This document shows, piece after piece, positions 33,784-43,667 of a stretch of DNA of 64,000 nucleotides. The position numbers were made by a program, and so were the translations under genes. The DNA is taken from the NCBI GenBank assembly GCA_947625885.1, contig CANQQA010000003.1:64726-128725 (forward strand), read 5' to 3'. The notes below the pieces were generated by a model. It worked only from the letters and a program-made list of their open reading frames with translations. It had not been told where the DNA came from and searched no databases. Source of the DNA: an uncultured Bacteroidales bacterium. GTDB taxonomy: Bacteria > Bacteroidota > Bacteroidia > Bacteroidales > UBA11471. Position 1 is the first letter of the stretch. Each line of letters begins with the position of its first letter.

Positions 33784-36700
33784 ATGGCAGAAATTAACGG
33801 CGGTTCTTTGTCATTCAAGTCCGAAATGGACAACAACCAATTGAATGCGGCGATTGACGAAACATTGCGACGTGTTCAAGGCTTTTCCGATGCTGTTGTT
33901 GGAAGTGGCGACGTGATGGATAACACAACGCAAGAAATGATTGCCCAAGTTCGTTCGGCGCTTGCGAAGATTGGTGATGCTTGCGATGAACACGAACAAG
34001 CACTTGACCGTTTGGGGCAAGAATATGACCGTTTGGGGCAAGAAATGGGTCGTGCCTTTGCAAGTGGGCGTGATGATGAATTTCGTGCATTACAGGAAAG
34101 AAGAAACGCCATACAAGGCGAAATAACGGTTCGCAAGCAATTATTAAACGAATTACACGAGCAATCCAACGTGCTTGAAAGTGAAGCTGCCAAGTTGGAA
34201 GAATCGGCAAGGCAAGCGGAAGAAGCGGCAAACAAGCACGTTTCGTTGCGTAGTAGAATCAAAGAGCTACGCGAAGAAATGGCATTGTATCGCGAAGCGT
34301 ATGGCGACCAGACAGAAGATTACAAAAAGATGGCTGCCGAATTGGGGCGTTTGCAAGATATTCAAGGGGACATTCAAGCGCAAGGAAAGATTTTTGCAAA
34401 TGATGAAGCCCAATTTCAAGGTATTATCACTGGATTAAGTGGCGTCGCAGGCGGATTTACGGCAGCACAAGGGGCGATGGCATTGTTTACGGGCGAAAAC
34501 GAAAATCTGCAAAAGGTGATGTTGAAAGTTCAATCCTTGATGTCTATAACAATGGGGTTGCAGCAAACCGCCCAAGCCCTAAACAAGGATTCGGCTTTTC
34601 GACTTGTAACACTTAACCGACTTAAAGAGTGGTGGAACAAACTTTTGGCTGTCGGCCGTGGCGAACAAATTGCGGCAACCGCCGCAACCGTTGCCGGAAC
34701 AACGGCAAATATAGGTCTTGCCGGGGCTTTTCGTATGGTTGGGGCAGCAATAAAATCAATCCCTGTTTTTGGTTGGGTTCTTACTGGAATTTCGGCTCTT
34801 ATTGCCCTTGTTACCCATTTTGTTAGCAAGGCGCGAGAAGCCAAAAAGGCGCAAGAAGAATGGTATAAATCCATTGCAGAAAATTCCTACAAACCAATTG
34901 CAAAGATTGAAGAATTGTCATTAAAGTGGAACGCACTTAGTGATGATTTTGAAGCAAAGAGAAAGTTCATTGAGCAAAACAAGAAAGCATTTGACGAATT
35001 GGGTGTTTCAATCAATGGGGTTACAGATGCAGAAAATATACTTAACAAAAACAAAGGCGCATTCATTCAGGCACAAATAGATAAGGCAAAAGCAATGCTT
35101 CTTGTTCAACAAGCCCAAGACAAAGTGAAAACCTTGATGGAAAAGGAACAAGAATATAATGCGATGCCGGATAAGGTTAGAGAAAGTGTAATGGTGGGCA
35201 TATCACCGGGTAATGAAGCTCCCGTTTATGAACAAGTTTGGGTTGTGAACAAAGCCAAGGAAGAAGTCGGAAAGAGCATTAAAGCATTGCGCGACGAAAT
35301 CACGCAAGGTTTTGAAGATGCGTCAATAGCCGAATCCGCAGGATTCAACGCATTAAAACAAGCCGGAATTGAAGCAACAGAAACTTATGCCGACGGAACA
35401 CTTGGGGCAATCGAACAAGCCATTCAAAGGGAACAAGCAACATTAAAGTCCATTACCAATAACGCCGATTATGAAGATGCCTTGAAAAGAATTTCGGACT
35501 TGCAGAAACAAGCCGAAGCAATCACGGGAAAAGGGACTACGGGTAGCAATGTGGGCGACAAAAAAGACCTGTTCTTGGAAAAATTGAACGCCAGAAAAGC
35601 CGAATACCAACGATTCGCAAAGTGGTTAAATTCGGGTGATGCGATATTGGTTCAATCGGCGAACAAGGAATTTGAGGGTCTTTTGAAAGAGGGTTCGACA
35701 TATATTGATTATTTGAAGAATCAACGCGACCAAATCTTATCCATTGATGTTGCCAACCGTACCAAGGCGCAAAATAAACAGTTGCGACAACTCAACGATG
35801 CTATTGCCGAAGAAACCAAACAAACGGTTTTGGAAGCGTTCAACACCGAGTTGAACGAACAATTGACCAATGCCAAAACGACCCTTGAAATGCTAAAAAT
35901 AATTGAGCAAAAGCGCAAGGAGTTGGCGAATGACGGAACGGAGTTGGACACGGCAAAAGGCAAGACCCTTGATGATGCAGAGAAAAATGCCAAAGAACAA
36001 TTGGTTGAAGAAACCCAAGAACTGTTGGAGAATTATGCTTCATACGCCAAGCAAAAGGGGCTTATAGATGAAGCATACAACCGAGATTATGAAGCGTTGA
36101 TGGCGAGGCGAAAGCAAACAACAGACGAAGCGGCGAAAGCCGAAATTGATGCAGCCATTGCCAACAGAAAGAAGAAACGTGATGATGATGTGAACAATAT
36201 TGGTGGTGTTGATTACAATGCCTTATTGTCCGAGTATGGCACGTTTGAGCAACGCAAGCAAGCAATTATCGACGAATACGAAGAAAAGCGAAAGGCGGCA
36301 CAAGCGGTTGGCAACGCAGAAATGGTGGAAGCCCTGAACAAAGCACAAGCCGAAGCCCTTTCAAAATTTGCGCTTGATGAATTGCAAGCACACCCTGACT
36401 GGGAATTGATGTTTGGCGACCTTGACGAAATAAGCACGCGAAAACTTCAAGAATTGATTGATAAAATCAACGGTCTTGATGGCGTATATCTTGGCATCGA
36501 ATTTGACCCAAAAGACCTTGAAGTTTTGAAAGACAAAGTCGAGGCAATGAAAAGCGAAATAAAAGAACGCAACCCGTTCAAATCGCTTGTTTCTTCGATT
36601 AAGGATTACGGTAAAGCGGCAAACGATGAAAGCAAGAAAAAGGCTTTGACCAATATGTTTGAAAGTGCAAGCGGTGCAATCGACCTTATCGGTGGGACAC

Positions 36701-37788
36701 TTGACGCAGTAACAAACGGGTTGGAGAAGATGGGCGTTACAATGGACGACGAAACCAAAGCAATAATGGGTGATATTGGCGGAATACTTGACGGCGCAAG
36801 TCAAATCGCAAGTGGTATTGCAACGGGAAATCCTTTGTCCATCATTCAAGGTTCGATAGGGTTGCTTACGTCTGCATTCGACCTTTTCAACACGAAAGAC
36901 AGACAGGCGGAAAGGCAAATAAAGAAGCATCAAGAAGCCATCGCGAAACTTGAAAAAGAATACACGCAATTGTCGTGGGCTATTGACAAAGCGCTTGGCG
37001 GCGATGTATATAAGAACCAACAATCCGCCATTCGCAACATGAAAGAGCAACAAGAACATTTGCGAGAATCTTGGAATGCCGAAATTTCAAAGAAAAAGAC
37101 CGATTGGGATAAAGTGGACGATTTCAAAGAACAATATGCTGAATTGGAGCGCCAAATTACAGATATGTACGATGAAATTTCTAACGACCTTTTACAGGTA
37201 ACGGCAAAAGACTTTGCCACTCAATTGTCTGATAGCTTAACAACGGCATTTAAGTCGGGCGAAGATTCGGCAAAGGCATTTGAAGATACGGTAAATGCGG
37301 TATTGCAAAACGTTGTCGTGAACCAATTGAAGAAGAAGTTTTTGGAACAACAACTTCAAGGCGCACTTGACCAATTAGAGGGTGCGATGGGTTATTGGAA
37401 TGGCGATGATTTTGTTTTCACCGGATTGACAGACGCGGAAATTGCATCGTTCAAGGCAAGGGTTCAAACAGCCGCCAACAACTACGAACAAGCATTAAGC
37501 GTTTATTCGGACTTGTTCAAGGATATGAACATTGAAGAATCTGATGATTCATTGACGGGGGCAGTCAAGGGTGTTTCAGAGGAAACCGCAAGCATTGTTG
37601 CCGGGCAAATGAATGCAATCCGCATCAATCAACTTGAAGCAACCAACATTTTACGACAACAGTTGCAGACGTTGAACGCAATTGCCACAAATACGTCATA
37701 CAACCGATATTTGGCAAGGATTGAAAGAATTATTACAATACTTGAAACCTATTCTGGCGATTCTTTAAGGTCAAAGGGTTTATCGTAG
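33784..37788 (+). CDS. Tail tape measure protein
   Basis: 1334 aa, coiled-coil rich, with a hydrophobic central segment (AATAATVAGTTANIGLAGAFRMVGAAIKSIPVFGWVLTGISALIALV). Confidence 0.9.
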   Translation: MAEINGGSLSFKSEMDNNQLNAAIDETLRRVQGFSDAVVGSGDVMDNTTQEMIAQVRSALAKIGDACDEHEQALDRLGQEYDRLGQEMGRAFASGRDDEFRALQERRNAIQGEITVRKQLLNELHEQSNVLESEAAKLEESARQAEEAANKHVSLRSRIKELREEMALYREAYGDQTEDYKKMAAELGRLQDIQGDIQAQGKIFANDEAQFQGIITGLSGVAGGFTAAQGAMALFTGENENLQKVMLKVQSLMSITMGLQQTAQALNKDSAFRLVTLNRLKEWWNKLLAVGRGEQIAATAATVAGTTANIGLAGAFRMVGAAIKSIPVFGWVLTGISALIALVTHFVSKAREAKKAQEEWYKSIAENSYKPIAKIEELSLKWNALSDDFEAKRKFIEQNKKAFDELGVSINGVTDAENILNKNKGAFIQAQIDKAKAMLLVQQAQDKVKTLMEKEQEYNAMPDKVRESVMVGISPGNEAPVYEQVWVVNKAKEEVGKSIKALRDEITQGFEDASIAESAGFNALKQAGIEATETYADGTLGAIEQAIQREQATLKSITNNADYEDALKRISDLQKQAEAITGKGTTGSNVGDKKDLFLEKLNARKAEYQRFAKWLNSGDAILVQSANKEFEGLLKEGSTYIDYLKNQRDQILSIDVANRTKAQNKQLRQLNDAIAEETKQTVLEAFNTELNEQLTNAKTTLEMLKIIEQKRKELANDGTELDTAKGKTLDDAEKNAKEQLVEETQELLENYASYAKQKGLIDEAYNRDYEALMARRKQTTDEAAKAEIDAAIANRKKKRDDDVNNIGGVDYNALLSEYGTFEQRKQAIIDEYEEKRKAAQAVGNAEMVEALNKAQAEALSKFALDELQAHPDWELMFGDLDEISTRKLQELIDKINGLDGVYLGIEFDPKDLEVLKDKVEAMKSEIKERNPFKSLVSSIKDYGKAANDESKKKALTNMFESASGAIDLIGGTLDAVTNGLEKMGVTMDDETKAIMGDIGGILDGASQIASGIATGNPLSIIQGSIGLLTSAFDLFNTKDRQAERQIKKHQEAIAKLEKEYTQLSWAIDKALGGDVYKNQQSAIRNMKEQQEHLRESWNAEISKKKTDWDKVDDFKEQYAELERQITDMYDEISNDLLQVTAKDFATQLSDSLTTAFKSGEDSAKAFEDTVNAVLQNVVVNQLKKKFLEQQLQGALDQLEGAMGYWNGDDFVFTGLTDAEIASFKARVQTAANNYEQALSVYSDLFKDMNIEESDDSLTGAVKGVSEETASIVAGQMNAIRINQLEATNILRQQLQTLNAIATNTSYNRYLARIERIITILETYSGDSLRSKGLS

Positions 37789-37793
37789 CAAAA

Positions 37794-37811
37794 TGTGTTT
37801 CACTATAAAAC
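37794..37811 (+). promoter_or_regulatory. Recurrent phage motif copy (tgtgtttcactataaaac)
   Basis: Lies between the tape measure stop and the next gene, ending 6 nt before the ATG at 37818. Confidence 0.55.
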
Positions 37812-37817
37812 GGAAAT

Positions 37818-38327
37818 ATGAAACTATCGAAAGAACTTGCAAGACAGGCAAAAGTCAAGGGTATTTGCGCCCCTTGGCACGCCCAATTGCTAAAATTACA
37901 AGACAAAGAAGCAATGGTCGATATGTACTTGAAAGGTATTGACTTTTGCTTGGCGAATGATTATCCGTCAAACGACTTCATAAGGGAGCATTTCAAAGGA
38001 GTTATGGAAGCGCAAGGGGTTTTCCTCGACGACAATATAAAAGTCGAAAATAAGCCAAAATGTGTGTGTTTGGGGGCAACAACTGGGCGCATTGATGTGA
38101 ACGGGTTTGAAGTGTGCGAGGTTTTCGCCAAGCACAATGCCGAAGTGAACGTGATTGCAAAGGACAATGCGTTTGTGATGATAGATATTTTTGATGATGC
38201 CATTGTGGCTGTTCACGCAAGCGACCGTGCAAAAGTTTGTGTAAACCATTATGGTGGGTCTATAACAAGAAATACAATGGGTGATGCCATTGTGAAGATA
38301 CGAGAAAAGAACAAAAAAACTTATTGA
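37818..38327 (+). CDS. Hypothetical tail-region protein
   Basis: 169 aa. No motif recognised. Confidence 0.45.
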   Translation: MKLSKELARQAKVKGICAPWHAQLLKLQDKEAMVDMYLKGIDFCLANDYPSNDFIREHFKGVMEAQGVFLDDNIKVENKPKCVCLGATTGRIDVNGFEVCEVFAKHNAEVNVIAKDNAFVMIDIFDDAIVAVHASDRAKVCVNHYGGSITRNTMGDAIVKIREKNKKTY

Positions 38328-38328
38328 T

Positions 38329-39534
38329 ATGAATGCAAATAATATAATTTTTCAAATGCCTTTTGATGAAAGCGACGGTTCGACTGTTGCTTTCGATTAC
38401 AGCCAAAACCGCGCAGATGGCGCAATTGTAGGTGCAAAGTTTGTCGCTGGAAAGAACGGTAATGCTATTTCATTTGGCGGTTCGGACACGTGTACGGTTT
38501 CAAAGACGGTATTATCAAATATGAACGTCGAATTTTCAATGACAATGTGGGTTCAAGGTCGGGAAATTGAATGCGGTTCGCCACAAAAGATGATTTGGGT
38601 TCTCAACTTTTCAGGTCTAAACAATTATGTCGAAGTCCCAATTGAAATGACGCCCGGTACATGGTATTATTTGGCAATAACAAGACGTGGGACGGCATAC
38701 AATTTTTACGTAAATACATCATTGGTAAAACAGTTGTCTTTGTCCGGTACTTTGCTTGGAATTTCTGTATGTCAAGACTATTACGGCGGCGAATATGGAT
38801 TTGGGTTACTCGACGATGTAAAGATTTACAATATTGCATTGTCGCAATCGGAGCTTATCAACGAATTAACGTCAAGCAAGCAACAAGCATATTTGTTGGA
38901 CGGTGTAGACTTCAAACAATATGGCGTGTTTGTATCTGGTTCGGACGGTATTATGAATCGACCGAAGTTGAAAGCACCCACCACATTGAATTGGGATAAT
39001 TATCACGGTGAAAGTGTAGACTTGGCGCATAAGTTTTATGAAGCACGGGAAATCACGTTGTCTTGCTTTATAAAAGCTGATTCAAAGATGGATTTCATCA
39101 AGAAGATAACCACGTTTGAACAACAGTTCGACAAAGTAGGGACAAATAGACTTGTGATTGACGTTCACCCGGTGAAACCATTGATTTATGAAGTCTATTG
39201 CAAAGATGCGATAGAAATTTCAAAAGAATGGAATGACAAACTGATGGTTGGAACATTCAAATTAAAATTGGTTGAGCCGGAACCCGTAAAGAAAGTATTG
39301 AAGCACATTCGGGTTAGTGATGCGACAAAGAGGTGTTCAATTACATTAACAAGTGCCAAGTATTTGAACATTTATTGGGGTGATGGTAACGTCGATTACG
39401 ATGTAAGCGGTGAAAACCGTACAATTACACATGATTATGATGTAAACGGTGATTATTTCCCCGTGATAACGGGCTGCATTGATGAAATTTCTTTATTTAC
39501 TACAAACGCAATTGTGGTATGGGAGCAAATCTAA
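38329..39534 (+). CDS. LamG/concanavalin-like domain fused to a distal-tail-protein-position domain
   Basis: N-terminal NGNAISFGG...WYYLAITRRGTAYNFYVN...DDVKIYNIALSQSEL is a LamG-type pattern. The C-terminal half occupies the Dit position after the tape measure. Confidence 0.55.
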   Translation: MNANNIIFQMPFDESDGSTVAFDYSQNRADGAIVGAKFVAGKNGNAISFGGSDTCTVSKTVLSNMNVEFSMTMWVQGREIECGSPQKMIWVLNFSGLNNYVEVPIEMTPGTWYYLAITRRGTAYNFYVNTSLVKQLSLSGTLLGISVCQDYYGGEYGFGLLDDVKIYNIALSQSELINELTSSKQQAYLLDGVDFKQYGVFVSGSDGIMNRPKLKAPTTLNWDNYHGESVDLAHKFYEAREITLSCFIKADSKMDFIKKITTFEQQFDKVGTNRLVIDVHPVKPLIYEVYCKDAIEISKEWNDKLMVGTFKLKLVEPEPVKKVLKHIRVSDATKRCSITLTSAKYLNIYWGDGNVDYDVSGENRTITHDYDVNGDYFPVITGCIDEISLFTTNAIVVWEQI

Positions 39535-42500
39535 CAAATATTATTATTACGCAACCAAACGGGAACCGTGTGCCTATGCAAAATAGGCGCACGGCAACCA
39601 TGGTTGTGTCTGCAAAGCAGAATCGGGCATTGAATGCAGAAGATACGGTGGACATTACCGTTGAATCGTCTTTTCCGCAAACATATAACATTGGCGATAA
39701 AATCACCGTGTTTGGAAGCGATTATAAGTTGAACCGCTTGCCGGCTGTTAAGAAAACAGGAATGCACCAATTCCAATATACCTTGCAATTCGAGGGGGTG
39801 CAATATGACTTGTTCCGTGTAATATACGACTTGACTATTGACACGACAAACAACCAATTGCAAGATATACAAGGCGACAGCTTGACAGGGAATTTACGGC
39901 GATTTATGACCGTTCTTATTGCCAACGCAAACCGTGTTTTCCCAAACAAGTGGGCATTGGGCGTTTGCCCCGAAACAATTGGTGATAAGACATTGACATT
40001 CGGAGAATCGGACAATTGCTTATCGGTGCTTCAAAACCTTTGCGATAAATCCAATTTCAATGTTGAATTTGACATTGTGCAAAATGGCGGGGTTTACACC
40101 GTCAATCTTTATGAACGTGTCGGACAAACATTGCCTTTCTTGTTTGAATTTGGAAAAGGACGTGGATTGTATGAATTGCACCGTGAAAATGTTTCTTCAT
40201 CAAACATTGTTACACGGTTGAAAGTATATGGTTCTACCGAAAATATTACTTCAAAATATCGTGCCGACCGTCTTTGTTTACCGGGTAAGACAAAGGGACA
40301 ATCATATATTGAAAAGCCCGAAATGGTAGCCAAATATGGTATTTTTGAGAGCCGCAAAAACTTTGACGATATAAAGCCCACATTTACCGGGTCGATAGAA
40401 TCAAAGGTTGATGAATTTTCGTTCACCGATACCAAATTCCCATTCGACTTGAACGCAACAGATGCAAGCGGTGAAACACTGTATCTTATCAATGGTGTTG
40501 CAGCAAAGATTCATTTCAACACGGGTAATCTTGCCGGATATGATTTCGAGGTAAAAAGTTACGACCACGCAACGCATAAGTTCACGTTGTTAAAGACGAC
40601 CGACGACCGCGGCGATGTGTTCCCGTCCGAAAAATTTTCGGCATTTCAATTTGCGAAAGGTGATGAATATAAGGTTCTTGATATTGCCTATTCGCAAGAA
40701 ATAGAAGCACAGGCAGAGGCAAAATTAGAAGAAGCCGGAAATAAGTATTACGACCAAAATTGCCAACCAAAAGTGCAATACGGGTTGAGTGTAACCGAAG
40801 CACATTTGAAGAAGTTTTACGGAACAGATGATTCGGTAACAAACATCTTTGCGCCCGGTGATTTCTTGCACATTGTTGATGCAGACATTGATGTGGACAA
40901 AGCAATTCGCATTAAATCATTTTCGCGCAATATCCTTTCCCCATACGATTACACATTGACCATTTCGGACATTACAACCAACGCAACTATTACTAACCGT
41001 GTAATTTCCGAATTGTTGGAACTTGACAAAATTGCTACCATTAATAATTTGAAAGACCCAACACGCGCCCGCGCAAATTGGCGGTCAAGTCGCGAAGTTT
41101 TGAACATGGTCTTTGACCCAGATGGCGATTATTATACCGATAAGATAAAACCAAATTCCATTGACACATTGGCATTGGCTGTTGGGGCTAAATCCATGCA
41201 ATTCGGATTGACAAATACGGTGTTTCAACCGAATTTTCAAAGCAACGCCAATGTGGTGAAATGGAAAGGCGGCGTCTTGACGCATTACACCATAAACGAA
41301 GAAGCTGCGGTATCTTGGGTTATGGCAGACGGTCAAACCACGCTGAATAATAATGCCCCATATTATTTGTATGCTAAATGTGAAAGAAATGGGAATGCGG
41401 GTGCATTCATTTTTACAGAATCACAAATAAGGGTTGATAAAGACGCAAATTATTATCATTTCTTGGTTGGTACATTGTCAAGCATTGACCCAGAATTGGG
41501 AGCGCGCGCCCTCGCTTTGACGTATGGTTTTTCAATGATAAACGGGGGCTTCATCAAGACCGGGCGCATTGAATCGGCTGACGGGATAACATACTTTGAC
41601 TTGGCAAACGGCGAGATAGGCGGGAATATAAAGATAAAATCGGGCTCGGCAGGACTTCATAACTTTGACGAATGGGGCGTACTGAATGGGCAGATTGAAG
41701 CCATTGAGAAATCCGTTGATGATGTAGACAAGTCCGTTGATAGCTTGAACGAGTACGTGGACGGGGCTTTTGCCGACGGCATCATTACCGAAGTCGAGGC
41801 AAGGGCAATCGAAAAATACATCAACACGGTAAACAACACGAAAGCCGCCGTAGAGGCTACCTACAACAAGTTGTACGAAAACCCTTATTTGTCTGGGCAG
41901 GCAGTCAAAAACTCTCTTAGCGTTGCAAAAACCACTTTATCTACGGCTATTGAAAATCTCCTTAAAGCAATAAACACAGCTATTTCTGACGGAAAGACGA
42001 CTGTTGCAGAAAAGAATGATGTTGATAGCAAGTTTGCAACGTTCAATTCTGCGTTATCAATGTTCAATAACTACGTAGAACTTGCAAATAAAACCATTCA
42101 AGATGTCTTAAAAGGCTATTCAGATGATTGCTTTGCAGAGTTGGGCGTACTGAATGGGCAGATTGAAGCGCAAGTTTCAAGGGTTGATAATATACAGAAT
42201 ACGATAGATACGGCTGGTTGGATAACAACGGCAGACGGAAACAAGTTGTACGCCTCGAAGAACAATATAATATCATTTATCAACCAATCCGCTGAAAGTA
42301 TAACAATTAATGCGTCGAAGATAAATTTGAGCGGGGTCGTTTCGGTCAGTTCGTTTAACTCGGCGATAACAACATTTACAGCAGAACTTAACAAAAAAGT
42401 AAATTCGAGTTCTCTTGGGGATTGGGCATACAAGAGCGGATTAATTGAATCCGCCATGCTTGGCGAAACAATCATCGTCGGCGGCTTCCTAAATACCGAC

Positions 42501-42974
42501 TACATAAAGGTGAAGAGTATAGAAGCAGAGGGGGCTAAGATAGGCAGCTTTGTAGTCAATAAAGGACGGTTGGATTGGCGGGGCTACGGGTATCTGTTAA
42601 GCACACCCGGAACTTTGACGTTGGGAATGGCGGAAGAAAGTGATGCAATCGTTGAAACAAAGTTTAACGCAAGTATTGCGAAGTTCGGGGTTTCATCTAT
42701 CGGTACGGCACCCGGTGGAGCTTGCATATACGCATCGTCTAACACCTCGCAGAAAAAACCCGTAGCAAGTAATACCTATGCCGGATACTTCGACGGCGAT
42801 GTAGAAGTAAACGGCAATGTTTATTGCGAAACATTGCTGGCTAATGAAATAGGTACATCTTGGTCACTTGATGGAAACGGAACTTACACCTACAAGAAAG
42901 GGATAAATAAAACTATCCAACTTGTAGGAGGGCTTGCAATGCAATTTGCCAATGGCATACTAATATCTGCGTAA
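39519..42974 (+). CDS. Tail tip / host-specificity protein (Tal-like)
   Basis: 1151 aa in the position after Dit. Its coiled-coil C-terminal part contains a perfect 27-bp internal direct repeat. Confidence 0.65.
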   Translation: MGANLTNIIITQPNGNRVPMQNRRTATMVVSAKQNRALNAEDTVDITVESSFPQTYNIGDKITVFGSDYKLNRLPAVKKTGMHQFQYTLQFEGVQYDLFRVIYDLTIDTTNNQLQDIQGDSLTGNLRRFMTVLIANANRVFPNKWALGVCPETIGDKTLTFGESDNCLSVLQNLCDKSNFNVEFDIVQNGGVYTVNLYERVGQTLPFLFEFGKGRGLYELHRENVSSSNIVTRLKVYGSTENITSKYRADRLCLPGKTKGQSYIEKPEMVAKYGIFESRKNFDDIKPTFTGSIESKVDEFSFTDTKFPFDLNATDASGETLYLINGVAAKIHFNTGNLAGYDFEVKSYDHATHKFTLLKTTDDRGDVFPSEKFSAFQFAKGDEYKVLDIAYSQEIEAQAEAKLEEAGNKYYDQNCQPKVQYGLSVTEAHLKKFYGTDDSVTNIFAPGDFLHIVDADIDVDKAIRIKSFSRNILSPYDYTLTISDITTNATITNRVISELLELDKIATINNLKDPTRARANWRSSREVLNMVFDPDGDYYTDKIKPNSIDTLALAVGAKSMQFGLTNTVFQPNFQSNANVVKWKGGVLTHYTINEEAAVSWVMADGQTTLNNNAPYYLYAKCERNGNAGAFIFTESQIRVDKDANYYHFLVGTLSSIDPELGARALALTYGFSMINGGFIKTGRIESADGITYFDLANGEIGGNIKIKSGSAGLHNFDEWGVLNGQIEAIEKSVDDVDKSVDSLNEYVDGAFADGIITEVEARAIEKYINTVNNTKAAVEATYNKLYENPYLSGQAVKNSLSVAKTTLSTAIENLLKAINTAISDGKTTVAEKNDVDSKFATFNSALSMFNNYVELANKTIQDVLKGYSDDCFAELGVLNGQIEAQVSRVDNIQNTIDTAGWITTADGNKLYASKNNIISFINQSAESITINASKINLSGVVSVSSFNSAITTFTAELNKKVNSSSLGDWAYKSGLIESAMLGETIIVGGFLNTDYIKVKSIEAEGAKIGSFVVNKGRLDWRGYGYLLSTPGTLTLGMAEESDAIVETKFNASIAKFGVSSIGTAPGGACIYASSNTSQKKPVASNTYAGYFDGDVEVNGNVYCETLLANEIGTSWSLDGNGTYTYKKGINKTIQLVGGLAMQFANGILISA

Positions 42975-42999
42975 TAATCAACAAAAAAACAAAAGAGCT

Positions 43000-43287
43000 A
43001 TGAAAGTAGATTTTAACAAGAAATTCAAGGATTTCAAAGGACAGGAAACAAATGTGGTAATCGCGGACAAAGTGGCAGAGGCACTATATTCTGCCGGCGC
43101 GACGCCAGAGTGTGCAATCAAGAACGATAACAAGTTCCGAGCTTACAAGTTGTGCCAGAAGATAATCAACTCGGACGGGGCTATCGAAATCGAGAGCGAG
43201 GACGCCACGCTGATAAAGAGCGTATGCGCCAACTTCCTCACGGCGGGGGCTTACGGGCAGGTACACGAAATAATAGAGGGAGTATGA
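43000..43287 (+). CDS. Hypothetical protein
   Basis: 95-aa ORF. Confidence 0.45.
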   Translation: MKVDFNKKFKDFKGQETNVVIADKVAEALYSAGATPECAIKNDNKFRAYKLCQKIINSDGAIEIESEDATLIKSVCANFLTAGAYGQVHEIIEGV

Positions 43288-43390
43288 CGTCGGCATTCTC
43301 CACAACCCAATAAGTTATGATTGATTTATCAACAAATGGGTTATTATAACACACAACAAAGTAGTTTTGTGTAACTTATAAATATTGAAA

Positions 43391-43666
43391 ATGGGTACAA
43401 CAAGAAGTGGCGAACAAGTTTCCGCGCAAATTGGCAAGATTGGAGTTATTGACGGATTGAGCGATAAAAACTTTATGTTGAATGACGGTCAATGCTTCAA
43501 CATCAAGAATGATGGAACACAACCCGTTACACTATCGGTGCAGCTTGCCAGAATGAAAGATGGCGATTTCATCGAAACACAGTTTGAGTGTGGGTGGAAT
43601 CCCGAAATTGTTAAGGCAGTGAAACAAACTTCATTGTCGGGTATTAACTTAAAATGGGGCTATTGA
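43391..43666 (+). CDS. Hypothetical protein immediately upstream of DGR target 1
   Basis: The ATG at 43391 is preferred over the TTG at 43385. A TAgtTTTG box lies at 43362-43369 upstream. Confidence 0.45.
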   Translation: MGTTRSGEQVSAQIGKIGVIDGLSDKNFMLNDGQCFNIKNDGTQPVTLSVQLARMKDGDFIETQFECGWNPEIVKAVKQTSLSGINLKWGY

Positions 43667-43667
43667 T

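Noticed and set aside
36361-37059. 232-aa minus-strand ORF, and other minus ORFs inside 33784..37788
   Set aside because: They are antisense to the tape measure gene and have hydrophobic, low-complexity translations. They are shadow ORFs.
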